From Octopus vulgaris (lineage: Eukaryota): 64,000 nucleotides of DNA. Both the position numbers and the translations under genes were made by a program. The DNA lies in assembly GCA_951406725.2 (NCBI GenBank), contig OX597820.1:81158001-81222000 (forward strand). The letters are read 5' to 3'. The notes below the pieces were generated by a model. That model ran no database searches. It saw only the letters and a program-made list of their open reading frames with translations, and was not told the origin of the DNA. Positions 50,398 to 64,000 of this stretch are shown piece by piece (position 1 is the stretch's first letter; every line of letters starts with the position of its first letter).

Positions 50398-53114
50398 TGG
50401 GAGTATTGTAGTTTGCTTGAAGCATTGTGTATTTTTTGTAAAGAATAAAAAAGGTTTGAATGGTACAACAATGCAGTATAATACAAACAATGGGCTATAT
50501 TATTTCAGAGAATTTACATATGCGCCTATGTAGTTGGTGGAGTAGATAGTGTATGATTTTTCTGACGATGAACGTGTCAAAGGGCAAGGCTGTGGAAACA
50601 TGAAGGTAGATGTACATTGGGAATTATGTTGTTTTTTAGGCAGCGTTTAAGAAAGTTTATTTGGCATCCAATTTTAGCATGTTTCTCAGATAGCTTGATC
50701 AACTCCCTAGCAGTTGCAAACTCGGCCTGTCATAAACGCAATGCTAGAATTTTGCGGAGTAAGAATAAACAATTATATTAACCTGGGTATTTTATTAGTG
50801 CTTATGCTGTCAACTCTGGATGGACGAAAGCTACAGAAGACTGGATTTGAACTCAGAACACAAAGGGACCTACTAAATACAGTAAGACATTTTGATTGGC
50901 ATCTATAATAATAGTAATGACGATGCTGATTTCTATCATTAACTTCCCTCACCAGTAATGTGTGAGTAATGGGTGAGGGAATTAAATCAGTCCCAGAGTT
51001 TAACTGGATATTCCTTTTATCTTACACAATGAAGGATAAAAACTAATCAGTCCCCTGAAGTTCAATTTAAATATATACTAAAAATTTCTTCTATTTTGGT
51101 ATTTGACATCTAAATTCAGTGTGATACTTAAATTTGATTATTTTTGCTATCAGCATTTTCTTAAAGAATTTTTTTTATTTGAATTTATTAAGAACAACAA
51201 GTGCTTCAGATCAATGTGTGAAATTTACTTGGTACGGTTAAATCTGGAAGAATTTTAAATCTTATAATCTAAAGCTATCTTTGGTTTACATTAAGTTTTC
51301 TCTTATATTGACTTTTTATAAGTGATTCGGTTTAGATATATTTTCATTGCTCCTCAAGATTTATCTTTTATAGCCATGAATTTTGCTTTCTTTAACTTTT
51401 CAACTATAAAACATAGTCTGGGATTTCTTTTTAACTCTGTATTTCCCTTGTACTTGTGTTGTGTAGGATTTGGCATCAGTAATCATGCTGCCTGGCATAC
51501 AATCAAATTGCTTTGGTTTATCCTAATTTATATTACACTAGCCACACAATAACCATCTGTGTTGTTTTTATTACCTGTGATAATTTTAGCCTTTTATAGT
51601 TTCTTTTCATTTTCTAGCTACTATTAATACTTATGTGATTGCCAATGAAAATGGCATTTTATGTTGTTTGGCTTTTTGCCAGATGAGGTGCCAATGCAAA
51701 CATTTCAAAGGATTGCTTATTCTATAATTGAATAATTATCCAAGGAGATTTTAGATTTCAAATTGCTAAAAATTACTATATTGTTGATTTTAATTTTCTC
51801 ATTAAGTTTAAATTTTAAATAGTTATTTATATATCCTATGTCTGAAAGTCATTTTTTCAGAAAAGATGCAACTTTCAAGACGACTACACCTGTTTAAGCT
51901 TAAAAGATTTGAAGGTTCTGCAACAGGTGAAGACATGACATCTTGCGACATATTTTATATAATATTAACACTCTTCGCCATTCACCTAGCTTAACTTTGA
52001 ATGAACTACTTTACTAACATTGCAGATCAGATATTTTGTTAGATTAAAAAAAAAACAACAACATAATATTGGTAGCTGAGTCACAGAAAATATTGAAGAA
52101 ATATATTTCCAATACATTCTGTGTGAGAAAATGTCAGATTATTAAAAGGAAAAAAAGATTCCAGAATAGTAAAAAGACTATGGTAAATACGTTCTGTTTG
52201 GCATGTCCTGCTGTGGTTTATAATAACATGCTGTTAACAGTATTGGAAAATGATTCTTTCATAATTGTCAAAGAATTTATTCTTTTGCTCATTTATCTAT
52301 TTCTTGGTTTTAGTCAATGGCTTAGCTGATCATATCGATCTCAGCACTATTTCAGCCAGATAAATTTGTTAGCAATATTTGTAAAACTGCTATGTTATAG
52401 GACATAAGCAGACACAACATAAACACTAGTGTTTCGAATAACATTAGCGTAAACACACACATATATATTTGTGTATATGTGTCTGTATATTATGTATCTA
52501 TAATACATTACAAGTCAGTTTGAATCTTGCTTGCATTCTTGCTATGTTACTCAGCCAAACTGGTGCATAATGGGATATGAATTAGGTTTACCCTGAAATG
52601 TTAATATGAACAGAATACAACAAGTTTTGCATAAATCAGACAAGTAGTTTTAAAGATATTAGAGGTTTTCAGGTAGAAATAACCAAAACACTGCATAATG
52701 GAAAAAATATTCCTAAAATAATCTTCATCCTCAAAGGGGAGAAACTCTTATCTTTCTATTAGACAGTGACTTGTTTTTTTACAGTAAATGTTTCTATTTT
52801 CGCTTTTGGTTAACACAATATTTTAATCATTTAGTAATATTTTTAAGTGAATGTCATTTCAAAAATGCAAGCTGTTTGTACAGCAAGTATTTATATTTTA
52901 GCTTTCTTTAAACAGACAATATTTTAATGTTTTTTCAAAATTATTTTCAAGTGAATAGCATCACAAAAAATTGTTTTGGCATATTTAAAAAATAGTTTAA
53001 AGTGAAAATGACTTTAAATTACAGTAAATATTTTGTAAAAGACCCAGTCATAACCTCGGTGTCAAAGTTTTTCCATAAGTTTTTTTCAAGTGCATTCAAC
53101 ATATGTCACCTCCA

Positions 53115-53231
53115 AAGATTTGGCTGCTATTTCTAGCACGCCCTGCTACCATGTAACAACTATTTGCAATAAAGGACCCCAAATACCTGTTACATGGTTG
53201 CAGGGCATGCAAGAAATAGCAGCCAGATCTT
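53115..53231. repeat. Fold-back inverted repeat (44-bp arms)
   Basis: 53115-53158 versus 53188-53231 are 40/44 complementary, with an inner tatttg/caaata pair. Confidence 0.9.
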
Positions 53232-54579
53232 ACCCTTTCTGGGTAAAGGAGCTGTTTACATGTGATTTCAGTGTCACATTTGTTGAAAGCATGAGAAATA
53301 ACCTGGGAAAGAAAAAAACCCATGAAACAAAACTCTGTTGCTGGGAAACTCAGAGTTTCCCGGTGACCCAACAGGTCACAGGTAGTATATATATATATAT
53401 ATATACACACACACTCACATATGTGAGTATGTAATAGTGGAGGGTTGTAACGAATTACTATATTAAAAAGAGTTGACTACATTTGCGACAGCCAAATGAT
53501 ACAAATTCTCACCAACATATTTGATTTTTCAACTTATTTCATACTGACAATACATCTATTTGATGACATCAGAAATCAGAAGTGACATTATATCAACCGG
53601 TTTGTTAGTGAGGCCATAGTGAAAGTCCTTGCTTACATTACTGCTTAAAAAATGATAGGTAGCTTTCTTTTCAATTAAAATTACTTGTAATAACATTTCG
53701 CAGTGTGAATTAGAACAACCTATGTTCTCCATTGAATATTCTGTACTAAGGCTGCTGTGGAAGTAAAGATTATATATATATATATATACACATAAGAGAC
53801 CACACCAGACAAAAGACCATTCTCAGTGCAGAGTTTTGTAAAAGAAAGAGTTAATTTGCTCTCAGGTTCTTCTAAAGACTGCTTCTTCTCCCCGAGCCCT
53901 GTCTCAATTATCAACACTAGCTATGCAGCTCACTCATGACACAACAACTTATTTCAGAGTACATAATTCACAACTTTCATTTTCCTTGAGTAGGTTAAAC
54001 CAACTTCAACAAGTGTCATGAATGTTGAAACATTAATGGATGTACAATTTAAAGCTACAGGCCTTTTAGCAGCTTCAACAGCTTTACAGTATACAAGGTT
54101 CCACAACTTATACTTTGCCAGCCATTTTCCAGCTTAGGCTGTTGGGGCCATAAGCCATTTTGCAACTTAAACATTCAAAGTTACACCGCTCCATCTGTTG
54201 CTATAGTATAAACTCATTCAGTTAATTTCAAGAAAAGACCCATGTTAAGCTGAATAAATCTGTCATTTCCTAAAATTTATGTTCATTCTCCTTTTTATAA
54301 GAACAAACTATCTGCTTTAACTGTGTGACATTTAAAATGACATTGTATCAATAACCAGATGTAAAGCTTTGCCTTCATAAATGTCATTTCAATACCTCAT
54401 GTATGATTGGCTGATTTAAACTTGCCTTGATAAACTTACATGTTTAACATACAAAATTCTGCTTTTGATATTAATCTATAAACTGTCATGTTTTCCTATA
54501 ACATATGAATCACTGTTAAATTTGATTTATGTTGCTTATCACTATTTTCTATAGCTTAGAAAAATACACTGTCACTTAT

Positions 54580-54972
54580 AACGAGAAGACTCATCAGGCC
54601 AAGGGAAATCATAGTCATGGCTGAGCTGGTCCATTAAAATGGCAACTGTGAAATTGTAGTTGGGTCATCATCACCAGTGCCTTGGAAACGGCTCCTGTAA
54701 ATCTTAGACGTAATCATGGTCATTGATGGTGCCAAGTAAATGGCACCTGTGAATTTTAGTCATTGCTGCTGTCATGTAAATGGCACCCATGCCAGTGGCA
54801 CATTAAAGTACCCATTACACTCCTGGAGTGGTTGGCATTAGGAAGGGCATCCAGCTGTAGAAACCATGCCAAATCAGACTGGAACCTGGTGCAGCTCTCC
54901 AGCTTATCAGCTCCAGTCAAACTATCTAACCCATGCCAGCATGTAGAGTGAACGTTAAATGATGATGATGAC
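54580..54972 (+). mobile_element. Family A repeat with degraded internal units and (GAT)n tail
   Basis: gagaagac...gccaag, repeated aaatggcacc units, then ggaagggcatccagctgtagaaacc...ttaaatgatgatgatg. Confidence 0.8.
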
Positions 54973-57900
54973 GACTTACACTGGTTAGATCAAAAGACAA
55001 CAGATGGAAAAATGCAGAGATACAATTGTACTTATAGTAAATATAATTATGCATTTGTTATACTCCCTACAAAACCATTCACTGTTTTATTCTCTCTCTC
55101 TTTCCACACGCATGTGTGCGCACACACATACACACACGCACACAAAGTTTCACTAAACTAAATATTTTGTCTTGTGATTCAGATTTCATGTTGGTGAAAT
55201 CTTCAGATGAAAACTGTTACAGCTGAGTGTTGTTGCTGAATTATATTTGATGGTGTCAATGTGATCTCTTGTTTGTGTCTAATGATTAGTTTTTTATTTT
55301 TTTTATTTTGCATCTGTTAATTGGCAGCCATTTTCCTGCTACTTAATTAGCTGGGTTTTTTTTTGTGGTCTAATGTTTACTCTTGTTGAATTTATTTGGG
55401 TTTTTATATCATTATATTTTTTGGGTTTATGGAGAAACATTTGTTGAATTTATTTGTTAATCTCATTATCGTTAATTGTTGTTTAGTGAAGTCTGTTTCT
55501 TTCATTGGAAAGATGTATGTGCTTTTGAGAAATTTGTAAATATTTCATGGATGCTTATATTATGATAGCTATGGTTGATGAATTTGTATTTTGTAGTGGC
55601 TTCAATACTGTCTTTCAATTTTGTTTTGGACAAAATTAAGGTGTAACGTCTGTGATATATATTGCATTCTGTATATTTTAATGTTTAGATTGGGTATTTT
55701 GTGGTGTTAATTGCCTGTCATACTCTTCCCATCACCTTCTCCGCCTTACTATGGTTATGAGCTTATCTGCATGGATATGCCTGTGTGTATGATCACATCT
55801 TGATGCTTTACATTATTTACATTCTGTTTTTTCCAAGATAGAAAAATGATCTGTATCTTTGACTGTATTTATATAGATATTTGACAGTTTTTACAGATAT
55901 GCATCACTCAACATTGATGTGGACTCCATATTTTTGAAATAACCAAGGATTGTAGGGACCTAAGTATTGATTGCCCACCTCAATGTCACTGTTTCCAGCT
56001 CTCACATTAGAAGTATGACTTCCTTCAGTAGGACTTCACTGAGGATGCAGTGAACAACAGTCATCATCACTTAACATTTATAAACAAAATCTGCAAGGAT
56101 AATTTTTGCAGCAACGTCCACTTGACATGCAAAGTGAAGTTAGTCCTTGTACTTCTTTGCCAATCCATGAAGACCAACTGTGTGCATGCATTATTTTGAA
56201 TTGAGAAGCTCAGCAGAGAGAACTTTTTCAATTTCTTGCCAATTGTTGGAGTTGAAAATTCGGTAAAATGCTTTTTTAGGAATTCAGTTGAGCTCAGATG
56301 GGACATTAATTTTGCCACAACACCATATTTGAAAGCTTGTAGAAGTTTCTGCCATTTCAGGATGATATATGGTGGATTGATCTGCATTGAGCTTTCTTGT
56401 ATTTTCTTCTTATTTTGGGTGGCAGATAAATGCCACAAACAATATTGTTCTTTAATTTTATGATAGCCATCACATCTTTGCCATATATTTCAGACTACCT
56501 GTAAATGTGTTTGGGAGAGTATATGATCTTCCAGTCCAGTAAGTATCACCTGTGAAAGAGCATCTGCCAGACTGTTATATAAGTTTGCTTGTAGAACCCA
56601 TTGATAGTTTCAAATATACTACAAGCAATCAAACTAGACTTTGACTCAGTAGTCTATCCAAAACTGTTGATTCAGCTCTCTTCATTATCTAAAAAGAATA
56701 AAATTAAAGATATGCCATTTTTCTATTGCTTCTTTGATTTAGTATCCCAAAATACCAACCAGTTAAACCACCAGGTAAAAGGATATCACAGGGATCACAG
56801 ATTCAAAGAGATTTGTTAAATATTTGAAAACTTTTTCTAATGGTTCTTTGCTGGGTACTTGCCTGCTAGCATTTTACCAGTTTGATGAGATTCCTTGTCA
56901 CTACCAGGCATCAATACAACAATCTCAATCTATGTACAGAAGTTGAATCTTTTAGTATGTTCCCCATCAGGACTTTTGTCAGCTTGTAATCAGACAGAAA
57001 CATTTTCCAGTATTGTACCAGAGTCAATTTGTTCTTGAGCAGGCAGGAATGATTATAAATTAAATGTTACAAGCTGAAACTATAGCATAATGAACAAATG
57101 GAAAATAACAGCATCGAAATTTTTTCTTCTGTATCACAGAAGTAATCTTTCAGACAGGATGACACATCCATAAATACTATGAAAAAAGAGGAAAAAAAGA
57201 AACTATGAATTCTTTAAGTGGAATGGTTTTTAGCATCCATAATTCTTATTTATTTTCATGCTACACATAACCAAAGAGAGCTGTTGAACCTCTGAGTATT
57301 CCTCGGATATATTATGCTTCAAGTGAAGTTAGTATGAGTACAATTGATATAGTTCATCAAGTAAATCTGGTACCTCTGGAATATAGATTAAGCTGGAGCT
57401 ACAACAAGTTACCAAATCAGGATAGGCCAATGTTTCTCTAGTGTGCTCTTCCAGGAACATTAGTGTATTACAATGGCTGCATCTCACATCTAATAAGCTG
57501 CTATTATGAAAGGTTACTCTAGATATGAATGTATGCCATGCTTTCTTGCAACATTCAAAATTCTTTGTATGTTTTGATGATTAAAACACTCTTAAGCTAT
57601 TAAGTACTGTCCTTGTTGCTGGTGTACTGGATGTTGCTGCTCAGAATCTTGTTCAAGTATCTCTTCTCATTGCTTGAGAAAGCTGTTGTTATGCTCCTCT
57701 ATGCTGTTCAGCATTTTGAGCCAAAATTCATTTGAACTATTTAAAAAAAAAATGTTGTTGAGCCACTGTATGTTGTTCAGTATTTTGAGACAAATGCATT
57801 CTCACTGCTTTTGAGAAAGTCTTTCTCATGCTTATCTATGTCAAGCTGCACTTTCACCATTTGTTTTGCTCATTTTCTGTCTCCTTGCTGCCATTGCTCA

Positions 57901-59179
57901 TTCATATTTAGTCATTCATTGAATAAGATACACTTGAATAAAGTGCAATTACAACAGTCAGAAAACGAAAAATTATAAAACCCAAGTTATACCTTTGCTT
58001 TACATGTTCTGGCTGCATGCAGCATTGGCAATTTTTATTTTTTATTTTTTATTTATAAATAGTAAATCTGTGCTTAGAAAATAAAATTTTGCTACAAACA
58101 TTCAATTCGACAAACAATATTTTCTTCTTACATTATTTGAAAATTCAAAATATTTTTAACTATATTTAATCAATATCATATACATAAAAAAAGATTATTT
58201 TTTTTGGTTTGATATATATGAAAATAACTTCCCCTGTTATTTTATTGCTTTATATATATGCAAATTCAATGTAAAATATTTAATTTGATTTTATTGTCAT
58301 TATTCATATAAACATGTGTATATTTAATGTACATAATACTTTATATAGATGTACTTTATATAATTACGATTCTGTTTTCATCATTATGGTGTGTCATTCT
58401 GGCTAAGTAAAACTTGGCTGCTATTTCTAGCAGGTCAAGTAACTACATAAAAGCTCACATTTGTGAATGTGTTTGTATGTTAGAAATATGTGTGGTAAAC
58501 AACGAATGTCAAAGGGAATTTTTTGTGATAATTTTGTCCATAATATAAACATGACATTTAAATTGAAAACTTCCTTATAGTGTAGTGGGTTTACAGTTTG
58601 GTTCAAATCTGCAGACATCATTTTGTTTCTGATCAAGAAATTGTTTGTAAACAACAACCAAAATTTTGGCAGATTGAGTAATGATATCAGCAAAAATCTA
58701 GTCAATAAAATTATATGTAAACAACTAACAGATTTTCTAGTGATGACATTGTGGAAATCGAATTTCTCTTCCTAGTCAAGATCCAAAACTGAGTCTAGAG
58801 ATTCTTCCTAGTCATATGGCCTAATGTCCTGATTAATGTGTTTTCTGTTTGACCCATGACATTGCTATATCAAAGAAAGTTTAGGTAAACAAAGTTCAAC
58901 CTACATTAATTTAGCTATTGTTAGAACAGTATACCCATTTTTCTAGCTTGTCTGCACAGTTATAAATACTAGCTTTCTCCAGGGAAAAACCACTGGTGTA
59001 TGCACTCAATACAAAGCCCGATCACCATCTTGACTTCATGTCACAGTATATGACACATATGTCACATCAAGGGTTCAACCAGCTCAGCAGCTGATGCACT
59101 GTCACATGTGCAGCTCAATGCAAGCCACACCACTGCCAATATTGATCTCCAATGTATAGCAGCTGACTAGAAAAATAAT

Positions 59180-59500
59180 GAAGAACTTCTAAAGGTCTGA
59201 AATTTGTCATCGCTAAAATTTCAGCAAGTTCCGATACCTTATTTGGTGTGATATCGCTACCAGGCATGAACATCCTTATTTACCACAGAAGCATCAACAT
59301 GACGTGTTCTCTGCCCTGCATTCCCTGTCACATTCTGGTATCCATTCCATGCAAAATCTGATATCGACCCCCTTTGTGTGGGCCAGTGTCATCCATGAAT
59401 GGGCCAGGAGCTGTGTCACATGCCAAAACGCCATGGTTCACTGGCACATTAAATCCCTAGTCAGTTCATTTGGCAACACCTATGTTACATCTGGTGATCC
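59180..59500 (+). mobile_element. Gypsy integrase zinc-binding (HHCC) domain remnant
   Basis: IWCDIATRHEHPYLP...VFSALHSLSHSGIHSMQNLISTPFVW...WARSCVTCQ. Confidence 0.8.
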
Positions 59501-61673
59501 CTAGTTCAAGAACCACAGCCTTCACTTCAACTGTTGTTATATCTGACAGGAGGTGTCACACAGCCATTGTATCCAAACTAAATAAATACAGCTTTTGCTT
59601 CAACAATCATTATACCCGAAGAAAAGAATGACAGCTTTTGTCAGCATCAATATGCACCCTTATCAACTTAATGTGCAGTCTCAATCCATCTACGTGCCCT
59701 CCATTGACAATCAGATTCCACAGTTCCCTGCCAAGATTCCACAGTCAACTTCTTCCTGGCTACTTCTCAAGTGCCACAAAATGCACTTTCGTCAAGCCAC
59801 AACTCACGTTCAACTTGCTACAGAACACACTATAATGTGATGCACTCCATTACGATGCACAGGGCTACCAAAGAACTTACAGACAATGGAAGACCATAAA
59901 TGCAACAGTTTGACAGCCTTCTGCCCCAAAACTAGCTGGATGAAAATATGGAAGCCCACACACGCAATGTTTTTGGCAGACACACATTTTTCATCTTGTT
60001 TCAACATACAGAATCTGCATTATCCATGGACTTTTGTGAATATGTAGAACTCTTATATAGACTTTTAACAACTCATTCTTTGCATGCACCTCTTTTCCAG
60101 ACTCAATGCATGTCAGATGTCTCATTTCTGCAATTTGTAAGGAAAAAGCAGTGGGTGAGAGCGACTGACAGAGAGCAGGCCAGCCGGCTTGAAATACTGT
60201 CTCGACAGAACATCTTAGAAGGGCAGCTATGAAATCCACCAGCGATACAGTTGTCTTGTCCACCTCTCTCTTACTTTCTCACTCATTCACATTTGTTTCA
60301 ACAACATCACTTGATCTATTTACTTACTGCAGCTAGAACAACAGGGAATATGGGAATATGTAAGTCCAATGTGATCTACCCTTTTACAGGAAAATATAAC
60401 TCTCATTACTTCTTAGCTTTCTGATTGTTTATACACACCTGGCCATCATGATTTGGCTTTTATTATATATAATGGAGAAATAAATATGTTAGCTACAACT
60501 TTGTCTTTCTTTCTTGGAGTTAGCATCAACATCATCTTCACCTTCCAACATATGCCTTATCCGTTACAACACCATAACAAATTTGTGGAATCAGATTTGT
60601 TCTGGAATGTATAAAAAGAGAACAGACCAAAGACTGAAAAAGCAGAAGAGCAGAGGCCAGACAGACGTGTTTGGCAAATTTCAATATCAGATATTGTTTC
60701 ATAATTAGAACTGTCGACATGAAGAGTCTGTAACACAAGCAAGAAAAATTGCTACAAACTTAGAAATTAAATTATAGCAGGGAACACTTGTATTCATTCA
60801 CTCATCTTTTTTTTCTTTCTGTATGTTTTCCTCATTTACACATAACTACAGGAATGTTCAATCAGGCCACTGCATGAATGTAACTTTCTGTTGTTACACT
60901 GTCATTCTTCATTGGATGGTCACATACAATACAGTTGTCTAACAATAAACATGACGAATCAAAAATCAACAACTACTCTTCTCATTCAACCAACTTACCA
61001 TTCATCTCATTGTTAGTGAGGTAACACATTCATTTCTTATTGATACAATACATAAATAAAGTAGTGAATCATAAGTTTCAGTGAATCATTTTTATTCACC
61101 ATAAGGAGTGTTTCCATGACATTTTTTTATTTATTTCAGAATTGTTGGATATCAATAAATATTTGAAACTATTTTTATTCCCTTTCTCTTTCTCCTTCCA
61201 GTTTCCCACTGAGGAAACACTAAACTGAAATACATACATTACTTTTCCTTATGTTGCCTGTGTGAATTCAACAAATAAATTGAATAAATTCACTATTTTG
61301 CATTTTGTTTGTGCAGGCAGCAAATTGGCGGAGTTGTTTGAGAGACAAACAGAATAGCTCAAAGTATTTGTTTTGATTTTTTGACCACTGGGTTCACATT
61401 TTGCAGAATGTAATTTTTGCCATTCATTCTATTGGAATTGATTAAAAAAGAAAAAAAAAATGCAGAATAATAGAGGCAGCAGAGTGGCAGAACTAACAGA
61501 ACAATGTGCATTATGTCTTATGGTATTTGCTGTTTCTTTGCCTTCTGAATTAAAATCCCACGATGGCCTACTTGGTTACACAGTCTACAAGATCATACAG
61601 TCTAATGTTTAGGAGGACAGCCGAATGATGGTATTGCTCAAAACTGAATTGCAACGATCATATACGTATGTGC

Positions 61674-61922
61674 TGTGGTGAAATCCTGACACCCCTGAGG
61701 GATAGCAAGTGAAATGTCCTAAACCTTATAAAGGTGCATGCGTACTGACTGTGTGACATACGGTGTGGTGTGTACAGTTGCCTTTGTGAAGGCAGTCGTA
61801 GAGGTCATTGAGAAGAGATATAAATTTGTTACGTGTTTGTTACTGATTTAGTTTTTGTAGTGTTATAACACTGTTACAGTGTAGTCTATATCCAAACTCA
61901 AGGATATAATAGTGGCGACGAG
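61674..61922 (+). mobile_element. Gypsy 5' LTR (61674-61911) and primer-binding site TGGCGACGAG (61913-61922)
   Basis: TGTGGTG...ATAATA (degenerate CA end), a TATA-like ttataaa, then a PBS complementary to a tRNA 3' end CUCGUCGCCA (tRNA-Ser GCU type). Confidence 0.75.
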
Positions 61923-61954
61923 ACATTTGAAGCTCACTGTGGATGTTCTTAGCA

Positions 61955-64000
61955 TGGAAAACTTATTAGTTTTTGTGGTACAGTTGCAACAACAACAACA
62001 ACAACAACAGAAAAGCAGCAACAGCTGCAATGACGTATATATATCTATGTATATATATGTATACAACAACAATGTATATATATGTATATATATATATGTA
62101 TACAACAACAGTAACAACAACTACAACAGTAAAATCAAGAGTTGGAATTAAGCTGCAGCCCAAAAACACTTCAGGTTCATTTTCAGCAGATGGGGTTGCT
62201 AATTCAATTGAAGAATTTACATATAATCCAGATGGGATTACGTTTTCTGCATACTTCAGAAGGTATGATGGAATTTTCAAAGAAGAATGTAGAAACTGGA
62301 CGGATGAAAAGAAGGTACAACTTTTAAGGAAATTATCATCTGCTGAACATGGAAAGTATTGTAATTACATCCTGCTGAGGAAACCACCCGAAATTTGTTT
62401 TGAGGAAACAATTAACCTGTTATCTAAAATATTCAGTGAAAGAAGTGGGAGTGCTTGAATTTGCAAAAAAAAAAAAAAAAAAGAAACTGAAGATTTTGCC
62501 ATATGTGCCAAAATCGTAAACAGAGAATGTGAAAAATTTAAACTAAATAAATTAACTCCGCATATGTTCAAATGTCTAACCCTTGTACAAGGATTAACAG
62601 CAAATAAAGATACAGAGATAAGGGCTCGAATATCGACAAAGCTTGAACAAGATTCAAAACTGACTCTACAGGCAGTGGCTGAAGAATGCCAAAGGATTAT
62701 AAATTTACAACAGGATGCAGAAAAAACTGAAAAAGATTATTCAAATATACGTGTCGATCTGTAATAGATAAAAAAAAAAGAAAGAAGAACAACAGTCAAG
62801 ACCCAAACCATGTTATGGCTGTGGAAACATACATTTCAAAAGAAACTGCCCTTTTAAGAATCTAAAATGTTTTGGATGTGGAAAAATCAAACATAAGAAT
62901 TCACATTGTTGGGTGAAACAAAAGAGGTCTAATGGAAAAAATTTGAGAAAAAATGTATTGTCAACACAAATGCAAAGCAAGGCACAAAAGAGAAAATTTG
63001 TCTCCATAAAAATAAATAATGTGAATACAAGACTACAGTAGGACACAGGTAGTGATATCATGATTACGATGATACATGGAAAAAAATAAGAAAGCCTACA
63101 TTGCAAAAAACAGTTGCAATCTTTAGGCGAAATGCTAAGTAAGGTAATATTTTGTGAAAAAATTTTGAAAGCCAAAATTTTTGTATTAAAAAATGACAAA
63201 CCTATTGGGCAGAGACTGGATGGAACTATTTAATTTATGGGACCTCCCCATAAATATCTTTTGTAATAATGTAAACAGTTCTTATGCCAGTTCAAATAAG
63301 GCATCGGAGGATTTAAAAAAGAAGTTAAAAAAGATTTTTCCTGATGTTTTTCCTGAAGAATTAAATAGGTGCATGAAGACGAAAGTAAAATTTCAAGTGA
63401 AAGAAACTGCTGTACCAGTATTTAAACCGAAGTGAGCTGTACCTTTCACGGCATTGAATCAAGTCAATGATGAATTGGACAGACTTGAAAAGCTTGGAGT
63501 TATAGAAAAAATCGATTACTCAAAACAGGCATCACCAACTGTTTATGTAAACAAAAAATATAATAAAATTCGAGTATGTGCTGACTTTTCAACAGACTTG
63601 AACGAATGTTTAATGACATATAATTACCCATTATCAGGTCTGGAAGAAGTATTTGCAAAATTCAATGGAGGAAAACTTCTTTCAAAGTTAGACTTGTTGG
63701 AGATGTATTTAGTTACAAGGCAAGGAAGAATGTTCAAAATTACTAACGATAAACACCCATAAAGGTTTATATAAATTCAATTAACTTCCTTTTGGGATAA
63801 AGGTGGCACCTAGTATTTTCCAACAGGTGATGGACACTCAGCTTGCGGATACGGATTTAATTATAGCTTACTTAGATGACATACTCATAAAAAGTGAGTC
63901 TCAAGGCCAGCATGAGGAACATGTTAAAAAGGTCTTTGAAAGAATAAAGAAATATGGATTTAAATTTAGTGAGGGAAAATGTGAAGTTTTCATGCCAGAA
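61955..64000 (+). pseudogene. Gypsy (Mag-like) gag-protease-RT, disrupted, runs off the window end
   Basis: IEEFTYNPDGITFSAYFRRY, LLRKLSSAEH; two zinc knuckles CYGCGNIH....C / CFGCGKIKH....C; protease DTGSD and LLGRDW; RT IRVCADFS, KLDL, LPFGIKVAPSIFQQVMD and YLDDILI. Confidence 0.93.

Noticed and set aside
52421-52434. 14-bp palindrome AAACACTAGTGTTT forming part of GAAAC on minus, like a hammerhead stem III
   Set aside because: No CUGANGA core upstream.
55500-57000. Possible second Penelope-like remnant on minus (FYGLAKKYK-like segment near 56150-56175)
   Set aside because: Too degraded; I could not recover further RT motifs with confidence.
59580-60497. Possible Gypsy gag remnant and LTR (60359-60497)
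   Set aside because: Only weak hints (TG...CA, purine-rich lead-in); no diagnostic motif or second LTR.
61205-61245. CTGAGGA...GAAA hammerhead-like words
   Set aside because: Stems I and II do not pair.

Overview
AT-rich, microsatellite-rich eukaryotic DNA that is mostly transposable-element debris. The repeat families (tRNA-headed CORE- and Meta-type SINEs, RTE 3'UTR repeats with (GAT)n tails) look like those of an octopod cephalopod; this is my recognition, not a database result. No intact host gene is supported, and nearly all listed ORFs are microsatellite or antisense-TE artefacts. Recognisable elements: a 5'-truncated Penelope-like element with inverted pseudo-LTRs (14.0-17.1 kb), a full-length but broken Tc1 transposon with apparent DD36E spacing (22.1-23.4 kb), a hAT fossil carrying nested piggyBac-type MITEs (35.4-38.1 kb), RTE, CR1-like and R4/Dong-like LINE fossils, three Gypsy remnants including a Mag-like LTR-PBS-gag-pol at the right edge, and many SINEs, one family in head-to-tail arrays. 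The most interesting hidden layer is a set of minimal type-I hammerhead ribozyme motifs in several unrelated repeats, including U3:A8 core variants and one forming a 273-bp palindrome. There are also several fold-back hairpins and short locally templated insertions. I found no clearly new biological system; most signals extend known phenomena. Boundaries of degraded elements are approximate.
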